Source: Intoshia linei (lineage: Eukaryota > Animalia > Orthonectida). Taken from it: a stretch of 56,312 nt of DNA. The first letter of the stretch is position 1. Every line of letters starts with the position of its first letter. Both the position numbers and the translations under genes were made by a program. The notes under the pieces are model-generated. The model worked only from the letters and a program-made list of their open reading frames with translations, did not search any database and was not told the DNA's origin. The stretch spans positions 1 through 56,312 of the forward strand of contig LWCA01000089.1 of the NCBI GenBank assembly GCA_001642005.1. The letters are read 5' to 3'. Positions 11,715-25,300 of the stretch are shown here, one piece after another.

Positions 11715-13824
11715 ATGCAAAATCAAGTACAATCTCACCCAGATATTTCATTAAAAACTAGAATTATCGCTGCATCTTCTGCATCTGTGATTACTAGCCT
11801 ATTTAGTAATTTTTAATCCATTATTTCGGTCAATTTCAATTAAAAATACAAAACATTTATATAGAATATTTAAAATTTTTAAAATAATTTAGTGACACCA
11901 CTGGATGTTATAAAAATAAGATTGCAAACTCAACAATTTAACAACCTTTCGAATAATTACCATAACATTAAATATAATCAACCAGTATTATCAGCGTGTC
12001 GCACCTACTCTGAAAAATCCAAAAACCTTTCTACAAGATATTTCTATTCATTCATGAATGAGACATTTAAACCACGAATTATCTGTGTTCACCATTACAT
12101 TAAACCTAAAGAACTCAATTTGGCGGTATTACGATATAATTTCTTGTTTTTAATTTTTTTTGAAATTTAGAAATTTGTTTCCAAATTAATACATACTGAA
12201 GGTTTTCCTTCTTTGTGGAGCGGTTTTCGGTTGACAGTGTAAGTTTTTTTATTGTCAAATTTTTAATTTTTATAGATTTATGATTTTGCCTAGCAGCGTC
12301 ATTTATTTAACTACTTATGAACAATTACTGAAACGTATGAAAAAAATGAATTCCAACAATTTCACTTCTCTGTATCCCATTTTTGCTGGAACTTGTGCTC
12401 GAGGTTTTTTACATGTTTTATATTATTTATTTATTCTTATAGTCCTTTCCGTATCATGTACTTCGCCATTTGATTTGATTAGAACTCGATTACAGAGTTC
12501 AACCTTAAATTTATCATATGTAGTTGGACAAATTTTTAAAGATTATAATAAAATCGGACTGGCTTCACATTACAGAGGTTTCAAAGCCACTTTACTTCGC
12601 GATGTCCCCTTTTCTGGTATAATTACAATTAATAATACGTTTTGTTAGTGTTATTGCAGTTTTTTATACTATACATTATGCGTTTAGCTATTTACTGGTA
12701 TCTAATTGAACAATACCGATTCAAAATGTCCAAATCTGTAGGACAATTAGATTTCAAACAAAATTTTGTGGCAGGATTTTTTTCTGGAGCGGTATACTTT
12801 AAGAATAAGCGTTTCATGGTTATTTAGATAGCTTCAGTAGTCACTCTACCTTTTGATATAATAAAAACCCATAATCAAATTGACCCAGGTAATTTTTTTA
12901 TTTTTTTATTTAATCGTCGTTTAGAATACAAATCTAAAAGTATTATGAAACAATTTAAACAGTTATACCTTAATAACGGATTAAAATCCTTATCTGTCGG
13001 TAAATATTTTTTATTTATTCAATTGTATTGAGATTAAAATTATAAAAGTTTTAAACGAATTTTAAAAGTAGCTTTGGTGTATTTTTTTGTATACTAGACT
13101 TTATATGGATGTATTAGTGTTTTTCAATCTTTTTCCATTGTGTTCACTTTGAATTAATTTAAATTTTTGTGCACAAGTAAATAACAAAAATACTAAACAT
13201 TTTTTAGATGATTATTGTTTTAAAATGTACCATTGTATAAGATTTTGTTGGGAAAAATTTAAAAAACAAAACTTTGATGTAGCCCTAAACTCTATGTGGA
13301 ATTATTTAACTTAGTTTTCAATTTTTCGCTGTTCTCACATAATATTGCCACTGATTGAAAAAAACTGTTTTAGAAATTAAAAATTTCACTACCTTGTTTG
13401 AGTCTGATATTCCTGGTATAGAAAGACTTTGATAATAATTTGTACTTTATTAGCCTTTTTTGGATCAAGTTTTTAATTTCTCTATGGTACCCTCGTTTTT
13501 TGGTTTTTGTTTTTTGGACTCTTTATATATTTTTGTACACCCTGATTTAACCAAAATTTAAGTTTTTCAATATATTTGAGGTCAAATGCTTTTTAAACAT
13601 TATAAATAATGTGAGCAACAGCTGACCAAGAAAATTGGGCAACTATTGTTCGTTTGATCCAAATTTTCTAGAATTACTATTCAATTTTTTATTTTAATAT
13701 TTAAATGTAAATAACATGAATTTTAGGTATGATACCTCGACTAATAAAAACTGCTCCATCATGTGCTATATTGATTTCAACTTATGAATACACAAAAAAA
13801 TATTTATCAGAAAAAGAAAATTAA
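11715..13824 (+). CDS. SLC25A40: Mitochondrial carrier of the SLC25A39/SLC25A40 (Mtm1/Shawn) type
   Basis: Three PxDxxKxR-type motifs (TPLDVIKIRLQ, SPFDLIRTRLQ, LPFDIIKT). Also TEGFPSLWSG, LPSSVIYLTTYEQL, TLLRDVPFSAIYW and GMIPRLIKTAPSCAILISTYEY. The A39 versus A40 paralogue cannot be resolved. Confidence 0.85.
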
Positions 13825-13889
13825 TTTATACTTGTTTCCAATACCTATTAAATGTTAACATCTGCATCAAAACTACTTGAAATTTTATA

Positions 13890-15400
13890 ATGAATGCAAT
13901 TTTACCATTTTTAGTGTTCATAATTTCTGTTGCATCCCTAAGTATACATGGGATTTTGTTTTACCACTTTGACCCACAAATATGGTCGTTTATTTTAGTG
14001 GACATTTTGCCGACTCTGATGGTATACATTTTTTTAATTTTTATCCAGTAAATTAATTTAGCTAATGTTTATGTCAATTTCAAGTAACATGGTTCGACGA
14101 AATGCCTACAATAAACCAAGTTATCCCTTGGTTTGATTTAAATGATATTTATACATATCCTAATTAGATGAAAAATGTAACAAATATAAATTTGTTTCTG
14201 ACATTTGGTATTGTCTTTGGTCCATTATCAAAAAAACTGCACACGTTTATATGGAATACGAATATAGCCACTTTACACGTTGAAGAATTGTATAATAATG
14301 TTATCAACGTATATGAAACGTAGATTTATATATAAAATTGTCAATTTGATAATAACGTACATTGCATCGGTTTTAATGATTATTGATATGGCAGTTACAT
14401 TTTACAAAAATATCAAAGTCACGCATGTCCATTTCGAAAGAAAAAGGATGGACGTATAAAATTTAAGTCTAAACTGTTAAATTAATTTAGAATACATTTA
14501 CGCTAGGTTGGATATCTTATGAAATTATTTACTGTCTTGTATCATTTCCCATATATGCTACAAAAAGTTGGAGTTTTTACTTGTGTGGCGCCAGCATCAA
14601 TTTTTTTGTATTGACGGTTTGAATCAATTCATCTTTTCATTTAGATTTTATTAAATGTTTGCATCATTTACTATTCAATGGTGGAACAAGTTTATATGTA
14701 TTGGGCGGTACTTGAATTGACAATTAAATAATAGTGTCTTTTAGAGATTGATGAGTACCATTCTCTTTATTGCGCAAACTGGTGTTTCCGCTGTTAGTTA
14801 CTTGATATATATTTGGGATTTTGATATTTTTCAATTGGGTACTTGTATGTATATTTACTAAAAATTTAAAAATGTATAGTTTTTAAGAATACCGAATTGT
14901 ACCGCTTCACCCCTTATTCAGTGGCTTATGTGCTACTCTTTATCATCATCTCTGTGATTGGACTTTTTTCAATGTCAATTATAATGGTCATTTATTACCA
15001 GCAATTGATTAGTAAAGCTTATTATCGGAACAGAAATAAAATCAATTTCGAATTTCAACTCAATGATGGACCTGATATGTTAATTGTTAAAGAGTGGGAA
15101 TTAAAAAATGCAATTTCACTCCTACATAAATCCAACAGCACTTTGCATGTAAGTTTTTTTTGTTTCACTAGTTTTATTTTAGTCTAATCCACCACGAGAA
15201 AAATACAAAACAAAACGATTAAGAGATGTATTTGTTATATTATTATTATATATGCAGACTTAGAGAATAAAGCTACCAAAAATCAAATCAAAAAACAAAA
15301 TTAAACGGCCAAATAGACAAGTATATGATTGCAAAGTTTCCATATCTGAATAGTTAATAAACATTTGTAGATAGACAATTATACCTGTCCAATTAAATAA
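13890..15400 (+). CDS. Multi-pass membrane protein, XK-related (Xkr scramblase-like), copy A
   Basis: Multi-exon hydrophobic ORF with FGIVFGPL (cf. XK LGPL) and final TM IIMVIYYQQL (cf. XK FMLLYYxYLHP), followed by a basic tail. Some exon boundaries uncertain. Confidence 0.45.
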
Positions 15401-15458
15401 ACATCTGTATGCTCATCTGCGTTTAATTTTTTTATTTTATACCTTTTTATTTTGCTAG

Positions 15459-17750
15459 ATGTCTTTTTCTTTTAGAGATTTTGTTGTACTAAACATTTTT
15501 TTGTTCAGTTGTGTGTCCATTATAATCGAAATTTTGGCTACAATTTTAATTCCCATTCAATTAGATGCCGCTATTGTAAGATATAGTAGCGTTTTGCAAA
15601 TTACAATTCTTGTTACTTCTACTATAGTAAATTTATGTGTATACTTAAATATAAAATTATACTTTAGTTGGCTTCCTATTCATTTGTTACAATTTTGTCC
15701 AAAAATTTTTTCAAAGTAATTATAGTTATGCCTATAATTTAGATTTAAATTTAATGTTAGAAACAAGAAGAAAATTTACAAATCCATATCATCCAAACTA
15801 TTTGCTTTGTGTCACAATGCATTTGCAGTTATTACCTTTACATCAATTTTGTTCAGATGAAAAATTACAGAAGCCTGCAACGTACAAGGTACTTATATCA
15901 TTTGATCCAGGTACAAGAATAATCAAATTAGACATTTTTTTATAATTGTACGTTATAACGGGTCGGCAACCAGTGGCCCACAGAATAATTTTGGTGGTAT
16001 AGGCCCGTAAAATTTTTTTATGTAAAAAATTGGTCCACGAAACGCAACAGGTTGCCGACCTCTGCTTTATAAGCATGCTAAATTACTCTTTTAGATTGGT
16101 TATGCAGATATTTGCCATGTTGACATTATCAATTTCTTGTCTTTCCTTCTACAATTATACAAGTTTAATCATGTATAAAGCTCTTCTCAAGCGGCTTAAA
16201 TGGCGGTTATCTCTAAAAGTAAAAAAGATTAAATTATTTTTAAATTCATCAAGATTTATAAAAAGTTTAATAATTTGTTATCTGTGGCAACGGATCTAAA
16301 GAAATTATTATGGAACCCCTAGTCCCATTAAAATATTCTAGGCCGTATATTTTTTTTAAAAAATACACGCAATTAATAAAAATTTGTATAAAACGGATAG
16401 TCGTTTTCAAATTGAGCATTTAAAAAATTAAATTTTTCAGTATTATACAAGTGTAATTATTTTTTCTGTTAAATCCAGACTAGTAAAAAGATGAATAGGG
16501 TTAGTAAATACTTAATTAAAAGTTTAAATAAATTTTCTAAAATTTGAGTGGCTGTTATATAGCTCACATAAAATTTTAGGATTATTAGCGTTTAAGAGAA
16601 ATACGTTGATATTTAGCCACAATTCACTATTATTTATTTGAAGAATATTATTTTATTAGGGGTGCTATAAAAAAGAAAAATTTAAAGCAATCCCAATTAT
16701 ATTTATATAAGATTGTGGTATATATCAACGACTACTGCTCACCTGAAAAAAATTAGTTTATGTTACTATTTTAGATGAATATCTTCATTTTATTGTTTAT
16801 AATACAATTAAATTTGGCATTGATAACATTACCAATATTTATATTATTCACCAATATTATCTCATTTGCAATGGAATTGGTTGCAAACGTAATGGTATGT
16901 TTTACAAATTTTATATTTCATTCTTTATTAAATTTAAAAGAGTGGATACTTAAATCCAACCATTTTTACTAAAAATCAAAATTTATATCCACTAACAGGA
17001 AAAATTCAGTTTTACCAACCCAAAAAGAAAAAATTCGGTTTTAAAAACCCTTTAGGGAAAAATCCAGTTTTACAGAATTGCGGAGTACCCCATAAAAACT
17101 CAATATCACAAACAAAACAAAATGAAGTTCTCAAATATAAAGATTAGTGATAAACAAGTTATCCCTAAAGGGCTTTTAAACCCGAATTTTACCTTTAAAG
17201 GTTGGTAAAAGTGGATTTTTAGTAAAAATGGTTGGGTTTAAGAATATTCTAAATTTAAAGTATAACTTGCCAATTTAGATGGTCATTAGCGTACTATTTA
17301 ATATAATGCACATATTACAAAAACCTACAATAAACAAAGTAGAAAAGGTAATAAAATTTATTAAATTTGTAAAATTATTATTTAATATATTAAGTTAATA
17401 TCTCAAATAATACCAATATCTCTCATTTTAACCCTGTATGTGTTTTCTAATGTATTTAGGATTATGGAAGCGGTATCAATAGGTAAAATATCACTAAGTT
17501 TAAATACAATATTTTTTAACTAGGAGTAATATTGGATTGGAATTTAAATTGGATGGAATTTCATTTATCTTGGAATAAATCCATCAATATCTACATAATT
17601 TTCGTAGTATTTGTGCAAATTATAAATTTAATTGTGATCGTCACTACATTCATGATTTCATTCAACAACAAATATGCAAATGGGATGTTTAGTAAAAACA
17701 ATAAATCACGTCGTAAGTATACATTTAAACTACTATATTCAACTTTATAA
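15459..17750 (+). CDS. Multi-pass membrane protein, XK-related-like, copy B (possibly fused to copy A)
   Basis: Successive hydrophobic exons at 15459, 15742, 16095, 16775, 17279 and 17524. Motif MHLQLLPLHQF (cf. XK LQLGPLxR). Topology parallels copy A. Confidence 0.4.
15959..16064. mobile_element. hAT MITE
   Basis: TIRs GGTCGGCAACC / GGTTGCCGACC. 8-bp target-site duplication (TSD) CGTTATAA/CTTTATAA. Confidence 0.65.
16938..17249. mobile_element. Fold-back (Mutator-like) MITE
   Basis: Long imperfect inverted arms (CTTAAATCCAACCATTTTTACTAAAAATC...CCCTTTAGGGA versus TCCCTAAAGGG...GATTTTTAGTAAAAATGGTTGGGTTTAAG), flanked by the 9-bp repeat TAAATTTAA. Confidence 0.65.
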
Positions 17751-17994
17751 AAAATTTAGCCTACCACGCAAATTTTTTTTAACACTAGATTCATTTATTT
17801 TAAATACTGTATTCTCTGCACAACTCGCCATTAATTTAAAATATAAACTAAAAATTTTAAAACTATTTTTCAAAAAAAGTTAAGTTATTTTGTATTAAAT
17901 TTTACAATTTATTGCAATATCTAAAAGTCTAAACTGAATACAATGTTTATGAGTTTTTTCAATTTTAATGTTTAGAATTTAGCACTCGGAAAAA

Positions 17995-20900
17995 TGGATT
18001 ATAGCTTCATAGTTGCTAAAATTTTGGTTTTATATTTGGTGATTGGATTAACAGTTTAATTCAAAAAAATATAAGAAAAGAGAATTTACCTTAACTTAAA
18101 GCTTAAGGGTTGATAAGATTGTATTTTTATTTTGTGATTAGATTAAAATGTTTTTTTTAAAATCGTGAAAAGAGGATTTTTACTTAAAGAAGTTGAAATC
18201 GTATTTTTTATTAAATATTATTAATGGTGGTATTTTTAAAATAATAATTTAGAGACCAGGGGAATCGCAATGCTGGTAACATTTTTTCTCATCAACGCAG
18301 AAATTAACATTTAATTTAAATTAATAGTTGTCCTTAGTAAGGATTTACTTTGTCACTTTATACTTTTCGAGGCTATCAGAATTTGGAGGGATTCTAAATA
18401 AATATTTTTAAATTTAATTTCTTAATATATTCATTTAGGTACAAGATTTTCAATTGATACGCCATGTGTATTACATTTAATCAACCTTAATATATTTATT
18501 TTAGATATATAATGACAATAATCCAATACATAAGGATTTATTGGTAACTTTTAACAAACATTAATACAAGATTAGTAAATAATGGCAATTTAGTATTATT
18601 TGGAAATTATTATATAATGCATGGGCACCCCTTTTAATAGATTCAAATTCTACAAATAAGATTTTGCTTGGTTGATTCGTAAATAATTTCAAAATGTTTC
18701 TTGGTACAACGGAAATATCCATATCTACTATGAAAACACCGGGCAGTCATAATGTTAAACGAGTGATTCCCAAACTGTCCAAACACTAGTGTGCCGTAAG
18801 AAGAAAATTGCTGTGTCATAAAAAAAATAAATGTTATTTTAAAAAATATAGATTTGTTTAATTTGTGCTTATGATTAAACATTGGATGTATATCAAGCTT
18901 TAAAATTTAAAAAAAATGGTGTACCGAAATTTTTTCATAACCTTTTAGGTCTGCCACATAAAAAAGGATTAAATTAAATTGATGATCAATTTTACATTTT
19001 TAATATATAAACCAGGGGTATGCAACCTGTTGCATCTCGTGGGCCCGTTTTTGAAAATTTACACATAATGGATTTCAATTTAAACTGAAGAGAACAGTTT
19101 CTAGTATATTCAACAAAATAAAATCTGGGACGATCTGAAAATTCATTATTAAAATGATTATAATGAGCCAATAGTAGAAAATGTTTAAAACGGTGTTTAA
19201 AATTTGAATAATAAATAATGTATATATTTACACGAAGGGCCAACAAAATTATTATGTGGACCACTTTTGACCTGCGGGCTACTGATATAAACAAATCAAA
19301 TTATTAATGTATTACTGATATTAAATTACACTACCTTAAAATTGATAACCTTTTTTCTATATTAACTTTTAATTACACGAATATTATACACATAATTAAC
19401 TAAATTCGCGGATTAAAAATAAATATGTCTTACTAAATTATTATTATTATAAATTAAAAAATAGCATGTTTCCATTGATCTACATTAGACAAAATTGCAT
19501 GAGGTGTAATTTTAAAATTTGCTGGTCTTACCGTTACAAATTTTATCTAAAATGTATCTAATTCAGTTTGCCCTTCATGTTATAAATATATTAATACCCT
19601 CTGAGCAGTAATTTAGATACATACATAGTAATTACGTATATTTTACAGGCTAATTCCTATTAAAGGAATTCGTCGTAAAATATAAAAATTATTGATGAAT
19701 GGATTGTGAAATTTTCGCAAGTATAAAAATTTCGTTAAATTATAAATGACTAGCATCATAATTATATTAAACTATTTCGGTTCTGAATTATTATTATCAT
19801 ATATAAAGTAAGGGTGGGAAACCGCTGCCCGCTCAAGATTTTATCTGATTGTGATAAATACCGATTTATAAATAATTAAAATCTATACATGTATTTTCGT
19901 TTATAAGTACTTATTACTGTAATATACTGTTTAACAATAAACTTTGTAATCGTATCTTCATCGCGTTAAAGTATATATAACATCGGCCTACAATGAGTTC
20001 ACATTGTTAACTTTGAATTATTTCGTTAGCATTGTAAAATGTATATATTTTGATCAAATTTTCCTTGGAAAATTAAAACTACTATATAGAAATATCAGAA
20101 AAAATTATTTTTCATATTGTTCGCGTAATTTTTTTATCAAAATTTTGCTCGCAGCATAAAAGTTTACCCACCCGTGATCTAAAGGTTGTGAATACAATAG
20201 TTAGTCTAATTATTTGATTCAGTCACTGTGGAGAAACATTGATATAATGTATTATTTAGGATCAAATAACACATGCAATAGATTTGAAACCTGTGCAAAC
20301 AATTAAACGTTTCTCCGCAAGATCAATTTTATTGGTAAAATTAATCTAAATAATTAAAAAGATGAGTGTCAAATAATTTAAAGTAACTAAAAATAATAAT
20401 ACCAACAATAAAAAGTAAAATTAATAGATAGATACGTCCCAATCTGATTATAATTGTTATTTCGAATTAAAATTTTTAATTAATTAAATGTATCAATATT
20501 TTGCTATATTCAGACATAGAGCGATATCAAACACAAGACAGCAAAACTAAAACCTCCACGACATGTAAATTTATTATATAGATTAAATCAGTGTTTCCCA
20601 ATCGGGAAATGACAAAAAAATATAACTGGTAATATATTTTTCAATGACTAACACATAGAATTGTAAATAAACATCTTACGGTCAACTCACTTAGTTGAAC
20701 TAAGATATCCATTAAATTTTAAAAAAAATAATGACAGCTTCAAAAATGGCCGCTTACATAAAATCATAAGGGAAATACTGAATTAAATAAAAAATAAACA
20801 CTTATTAATGAACATAATTTTACTTGTTCAAACTTCGAACCAGTTTATCAATATTTTCATAACTACCCAAAATGGTGAATTATTCATATTCGGGTTGCCT

Positions 20901-21387
20901 ATTTTACGTTAAATTTGGCCTTAACATTTCAATATCCGTATACAATTAAAAATAGTATATTTGAATAATGAGGTATAAATGTAGAAAATCCGATCGCCGG
21001 ACGTACAAACAAAACTTTTGGTAAATTCAATTGCTTTTAAAATAATTTTGCATCTTACATTTTGTTATAATTTAGAATGAAATACGCCATTTTGAAAATG
21101 CATTGGTAATAATAATGTTAACTTGTATTCATTTAATAATACATTTAGAAACCAGTGAAAACATTACAAAAATATAAAAGATCATCTTCGCTTACAGTAC
21201 ATTTTTAAATAATACAAATATTAATATTTCGCCAACTTTATTAGTTATCTATTTAAAACGTAGAAATTTGGTATAAAACTCATTGTTTAAAATATTAGAA
21301 TAATATTATCAAAATGAATACACTATTTAGTTTCAATTAAATAATGCATTTAAGGATAAATTTGAAAAAATAGAAAAATCTGAATAA
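17995..21387 (+). CDS. Uncharacterised multi-exon gene with N-terminal PH-domain-like region; possibly disabled
   Basis: Chain of small AG..GT-bounded exons. IVKRGFLLKEVEI|RPGESQCW resembles PH beta1-2, and KIIDEWIVKFSQ resembles the PH C-terminal helix. Apparent frameshift at ~18155 and in-frame TAA at ~19676. Confidence 0.4.
19013..19284. mobile_element. hAT MITE
   Basis: CAGGGGTATGCAACC...CTG with perfect 8-bp TSD ATATAAAC. End sequence related to the MITE at 15959-16064. Confidence 0.7.
19809..20176. mobile_element. hAT MITE
   Basis: TIRs GGGTGGGAAAC / GTTTACCCACCC. TSD ATATAAAG/ATCTAAAG. Confidence 0.6.
20589..20780. mobile_element. hAT (Buster/Charlie-type) MITE
   Basis: TIRs CAGTGTTTCCC / GGGAAATACTG. 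TSD GATTAAAT/AATTAAAT. Confidence 0.7.
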
Positions 21388-21442
21388 AATGTGTATACTT
21401 GTCACAAATAAACAATAAATTACAATTTATTAAAAAGTACAA

Positions 21443-22172
21443 TCACTTATTTTGAGATTGTGCTTTACGAGAAGCTTGAATATATTTTTGCATGTCAGAT
21501 CTCTTACTTTTAGCACGTTTGTGGGTTCCAACCTAGTTATAAATCAATAATTATCAAATATAATTAACATAATCATTTATAAACCATTAAATAGATAAAT
21601 GTTTCATTAGACTATCAAAAATTTAAAAATTAATCAATAAATAAAAATGAACAATGAATAAAATATAATTAGAAATACTCGTTTTTTCAAAAATTTCAAG
21701 CATCGCTTATCTTTAGATAATTTCAACAGTTCTGTAGCATATCTTTCATAAGGTGATAAACCGACAACTTCTGTAACGATTTCTCGAATAAAGTTGATTC
21801 TTTTACCTTTAGATTTCTAAAGATTATTAATATAAATATATATCGAAACAAAAGTTTCTCGGCTGGGAATGTCACAAAAGTAGGTAATTAAAATTTTTTA
21901 ACAAGAACCCATTTTTTATTTTTATAAAAGTACACTATATTATTAAATATTTGTTATGAGATTACTACATGCTAGATAGATAATGTGAGGATAAATTCTA
22001 GAAATTTTTTATAAAGTTTTTTTAATTTTTAATAAAAAAACTCAAATAACATACTTTATAGTGCATTAATCAAATCATAACTTAAAATAAGAAAAACCTT
22101 TTTCTTTAGATCCGTTTTAACTTTTGTAACGCGATGTCCTTTAAATTTACCAACTGGCAATTGTACTTTCAT
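21443..22172 (-). CDS. RPL36: 60S ribosomal protein L36 (3 exons)
   Basis: [17 protein letters not shown]...|[46 protein letters not shown]|[15 protein letters not shown]. Confidence 0.95.
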
Positions 22173-22323
22173 TCTGCTTGATATTTAAATAACTGATTAG
22201 TCAAGTAATGATTACAGAATATCTCGTGTGAGTGATATTAAATGTGGTTTTAATTTATTCAATTTATGTATTTATAGTAATATCAACACTAACAAAACTT
22301 TATTAAATTTAAAAAATTCAACA
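22173..22323. promoter_or_regulatory. Likely bidirectional promoter of RPL36 and PRPF4
   Basis: Divergent ATGs only 151 bp apart. Confidence 0.6.
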
Positions 22324-25300
22324 ATGAATGATTTTGCCAAGAAATCTAAATCTACATGTGAAATTAACTGTATTGTTAATAAATACAAATTTACCATACA
22401 TTTAGGTCAAGTTAAGCTGGATGGTACCAAAAGCTCAGCAATAGCTGAACTTGAAATCAAACAAAAGGTAAAATATTAATATTGTAAATTTTATTCAAAA
22501 TGCCGAATAATGAACGGAAGCATAGTTGAAAATGAAATATAGCCGTTAGTTTACATATTATCCGTTATTCTTTTTAATATTCGATCATCGTTTTGAATAC
22601 ACAATCTTCAATAACTACTTTATTTGTTATTTTTTTTACATATCATTTCCGTAATTTTATTTTCTATTTATTCAGATACGAAACATAAAAGTAAGCACAG
22701 AAGACTCTGAAGTGAAAAAACAGCTTCGAAAAATTGGCGAGCCAATATGTACTTTTTTTTTTAATTTAATCCTAGAGTTTATATGTTAATTTTGCAGGTT
22801 TCTTTGGAGAAGGGCCTCCCGAGAGGAGAGAAAGATTAAAACGTATTTATGCACTAATGGACGTTGAAGAACTTATACAAATTCAAAATGGAGACATAGT
22901 TAAACCAAACAATAATGTAATTACAATTTTTTTAATATTTTTTTTACTTGACTAATTACATACTTACTAATTTTTTAAGATTACTAACCAAACATGGTTT
23001 CACAACGGAAGTACGGAATTAATGAAATCTCGCAAACTGATTAGCAAATATTCTTTAAAGAGGTTAGTTTTTATTCATAGTACAATAGTTTTTATGTTCA
23101 TTACTTTTAGAGCTAAATACCGAAACAGAAAATTACGTGATATTGCTAAAATGAAGGATTCAGAAATTTCTGTCATTTTAAACAAACAACAAAATATTTT
23201 AACAGTTTTTTATTTATTTTTATTTAGTACTGTATTCTAATCAATATTCCTTATTATAAGTTTTTTTTATTATTTTGATTGGCAAAATTAAAATTTTTTG
23301 GTACATTGGTTTATCGAAAATATCAAAAATTGTTGATAAACTCATAAGTTCACAAATCAGGGCCATAAAATTAAATATGTTTAATGAGTAATTACTAATT
23401 AGTGTAGTGATTTGTTTATATTTCAGAATTTACACCTGGAATGCAGTCAAATTGCAGACTCCCGACCAATTTCATCTTGTCAATTCAGTCCAGATGGAGA
23501 TTATTTAGCTACATCTTCTTGGTAATAATTTGTAATTATTTTCATAATTAAGCAAAGATGTTAGCAGCTGTGCTGGTTGGTCATTGCTGAAATTTTTATT
23601 TTCGTGTATTCATAAAACATTTTTTAGATTTAAACTGTAAAAAAAATTTTAAATAATGGAATTATATTTAGTTTATACATTTTTTATGGTCAATAAATGG
23701 AGCCGAACTGGGATTAAATTAAGAGGGGTTCAAAATTATTAAAAACTTACATATATAGATTATTAATTGTTTAATATTTCAGTATTATTAGTTAAAATTG
23801 ATTTTAGCAAATTATGATGTAAATTAAATGTTAATCGTTTATATTAGGAGCGGTTTAGCAAAAATATGGTCATATCCTGATTGTACAGAAATTCGAACAC
23901 TGAAAGGTTGATTTAATTTTTTAATGGAATTAATAAATATATATTATTGATTGAATAGGACACCGTGATCGAATTGGAAAAATTGTATTTAACCCAAATT
24001 TTAAATCAATCAGACCTGAAAAATTAGCTTTAGCAACCTGTGACCATTCTGGTTTAATCAAATTGTGGGATTTTGAAAGGTGTTTTTTATTTTAAAGAAT
24101 TTATTGTAAATAATAATTATCATTATGTAATATTAATGTAAATTATAATTAACATCATATTAATATAAATATATATTTATTAATATAATTATAATTATAG
24201 ATCAGATATAAGTAGTTCTCATATAAAAACAGTAGATCTATCCAGTCTTAAATTTACATTTTATACGTTGTGGACCTTTTTTTTTATTCAGTTCTAGCTC
24301 ATTTATTTTGAGTTTATAATAAATTTTATGTATATTTTATGAGGAATTCAAACATGATTAAAAACCAAAATAAATGAGCTAGAAATGAATTTAAAAAAAC
24401 AAAATGTCCACAAAGCATGATAAACACATTAAGGGAATTACCAACATAATTATCCAAATATTTTTAAATTAATTTTAATAATTACATTTGAATGTGGGTT
24501 AATATTAACCGATTTTATTTTTTTGATTAATGTTTAAAATTAAACAAAACATTCACGTGCAAAATTAGTTTTTCTAATAAAAAAAAGTGAACACCCTAAT
24601 GTACATTGTACAAAAGTTTAAACCGCTATATTGTGAGAACTAAATGTCTAATTGTCTCAAATTTTTACCAAAGAGGTTAAACTGCATAGACGACTTTGAA
24701 TATAAAAAAATAACGGAAAAACTTATTGAAACGACGGCAACGAGAAATTGTTAAAATGTAACCGTGCAAAAGTTTTAGGCACATGTTAATATAATCCAGA
24801 ATTTTCATACAAAAATAAAAAAATAATTTATTAGTATTAATGCCTTGTATTACCATCACCTTATTCAATTACAGAGTTTATTCTTCTAGATAAGGACTTG
24901 AATAAATTTTTATGCATTCATCTGGTATTTTGTACAATTTTTCCTTTGTATCATTCCAAAGTTATTCTAAATTTCTTGATGAAATTTTTTCAACTTTTAT
25001 TTTGAGCATACTCAATATATATGCTCGATTATATTTTAATCTGGACTGTATGGATGCTAACTATCAATGGCATTTAAATATTTATTTTTCATAAAATTAT
25101 TGATACATTATTATTTACATTGTTAAAATTTTTAGCTCTGAGTGCATAGATACAATAACTGGACATGAACCTTACCGTGTGTCTTCGATACAATTTCACC
25201 CATCGAGCCAATATCTTTCAACAACATGGTATGTTATATATTCATTATAATTAATAGTATTGTTCAGTAATTTTGAGATATTTTTAAATACAAAATGTTC

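Noticed and set aside
21817-22097. Possible snoRNA in RPL36 intron 1 (also checked WDR43 introns)
   Set aside because: No convincing C/D box pair or H/ACA two-hairpin layout by eye; an Infernal search would be needed.
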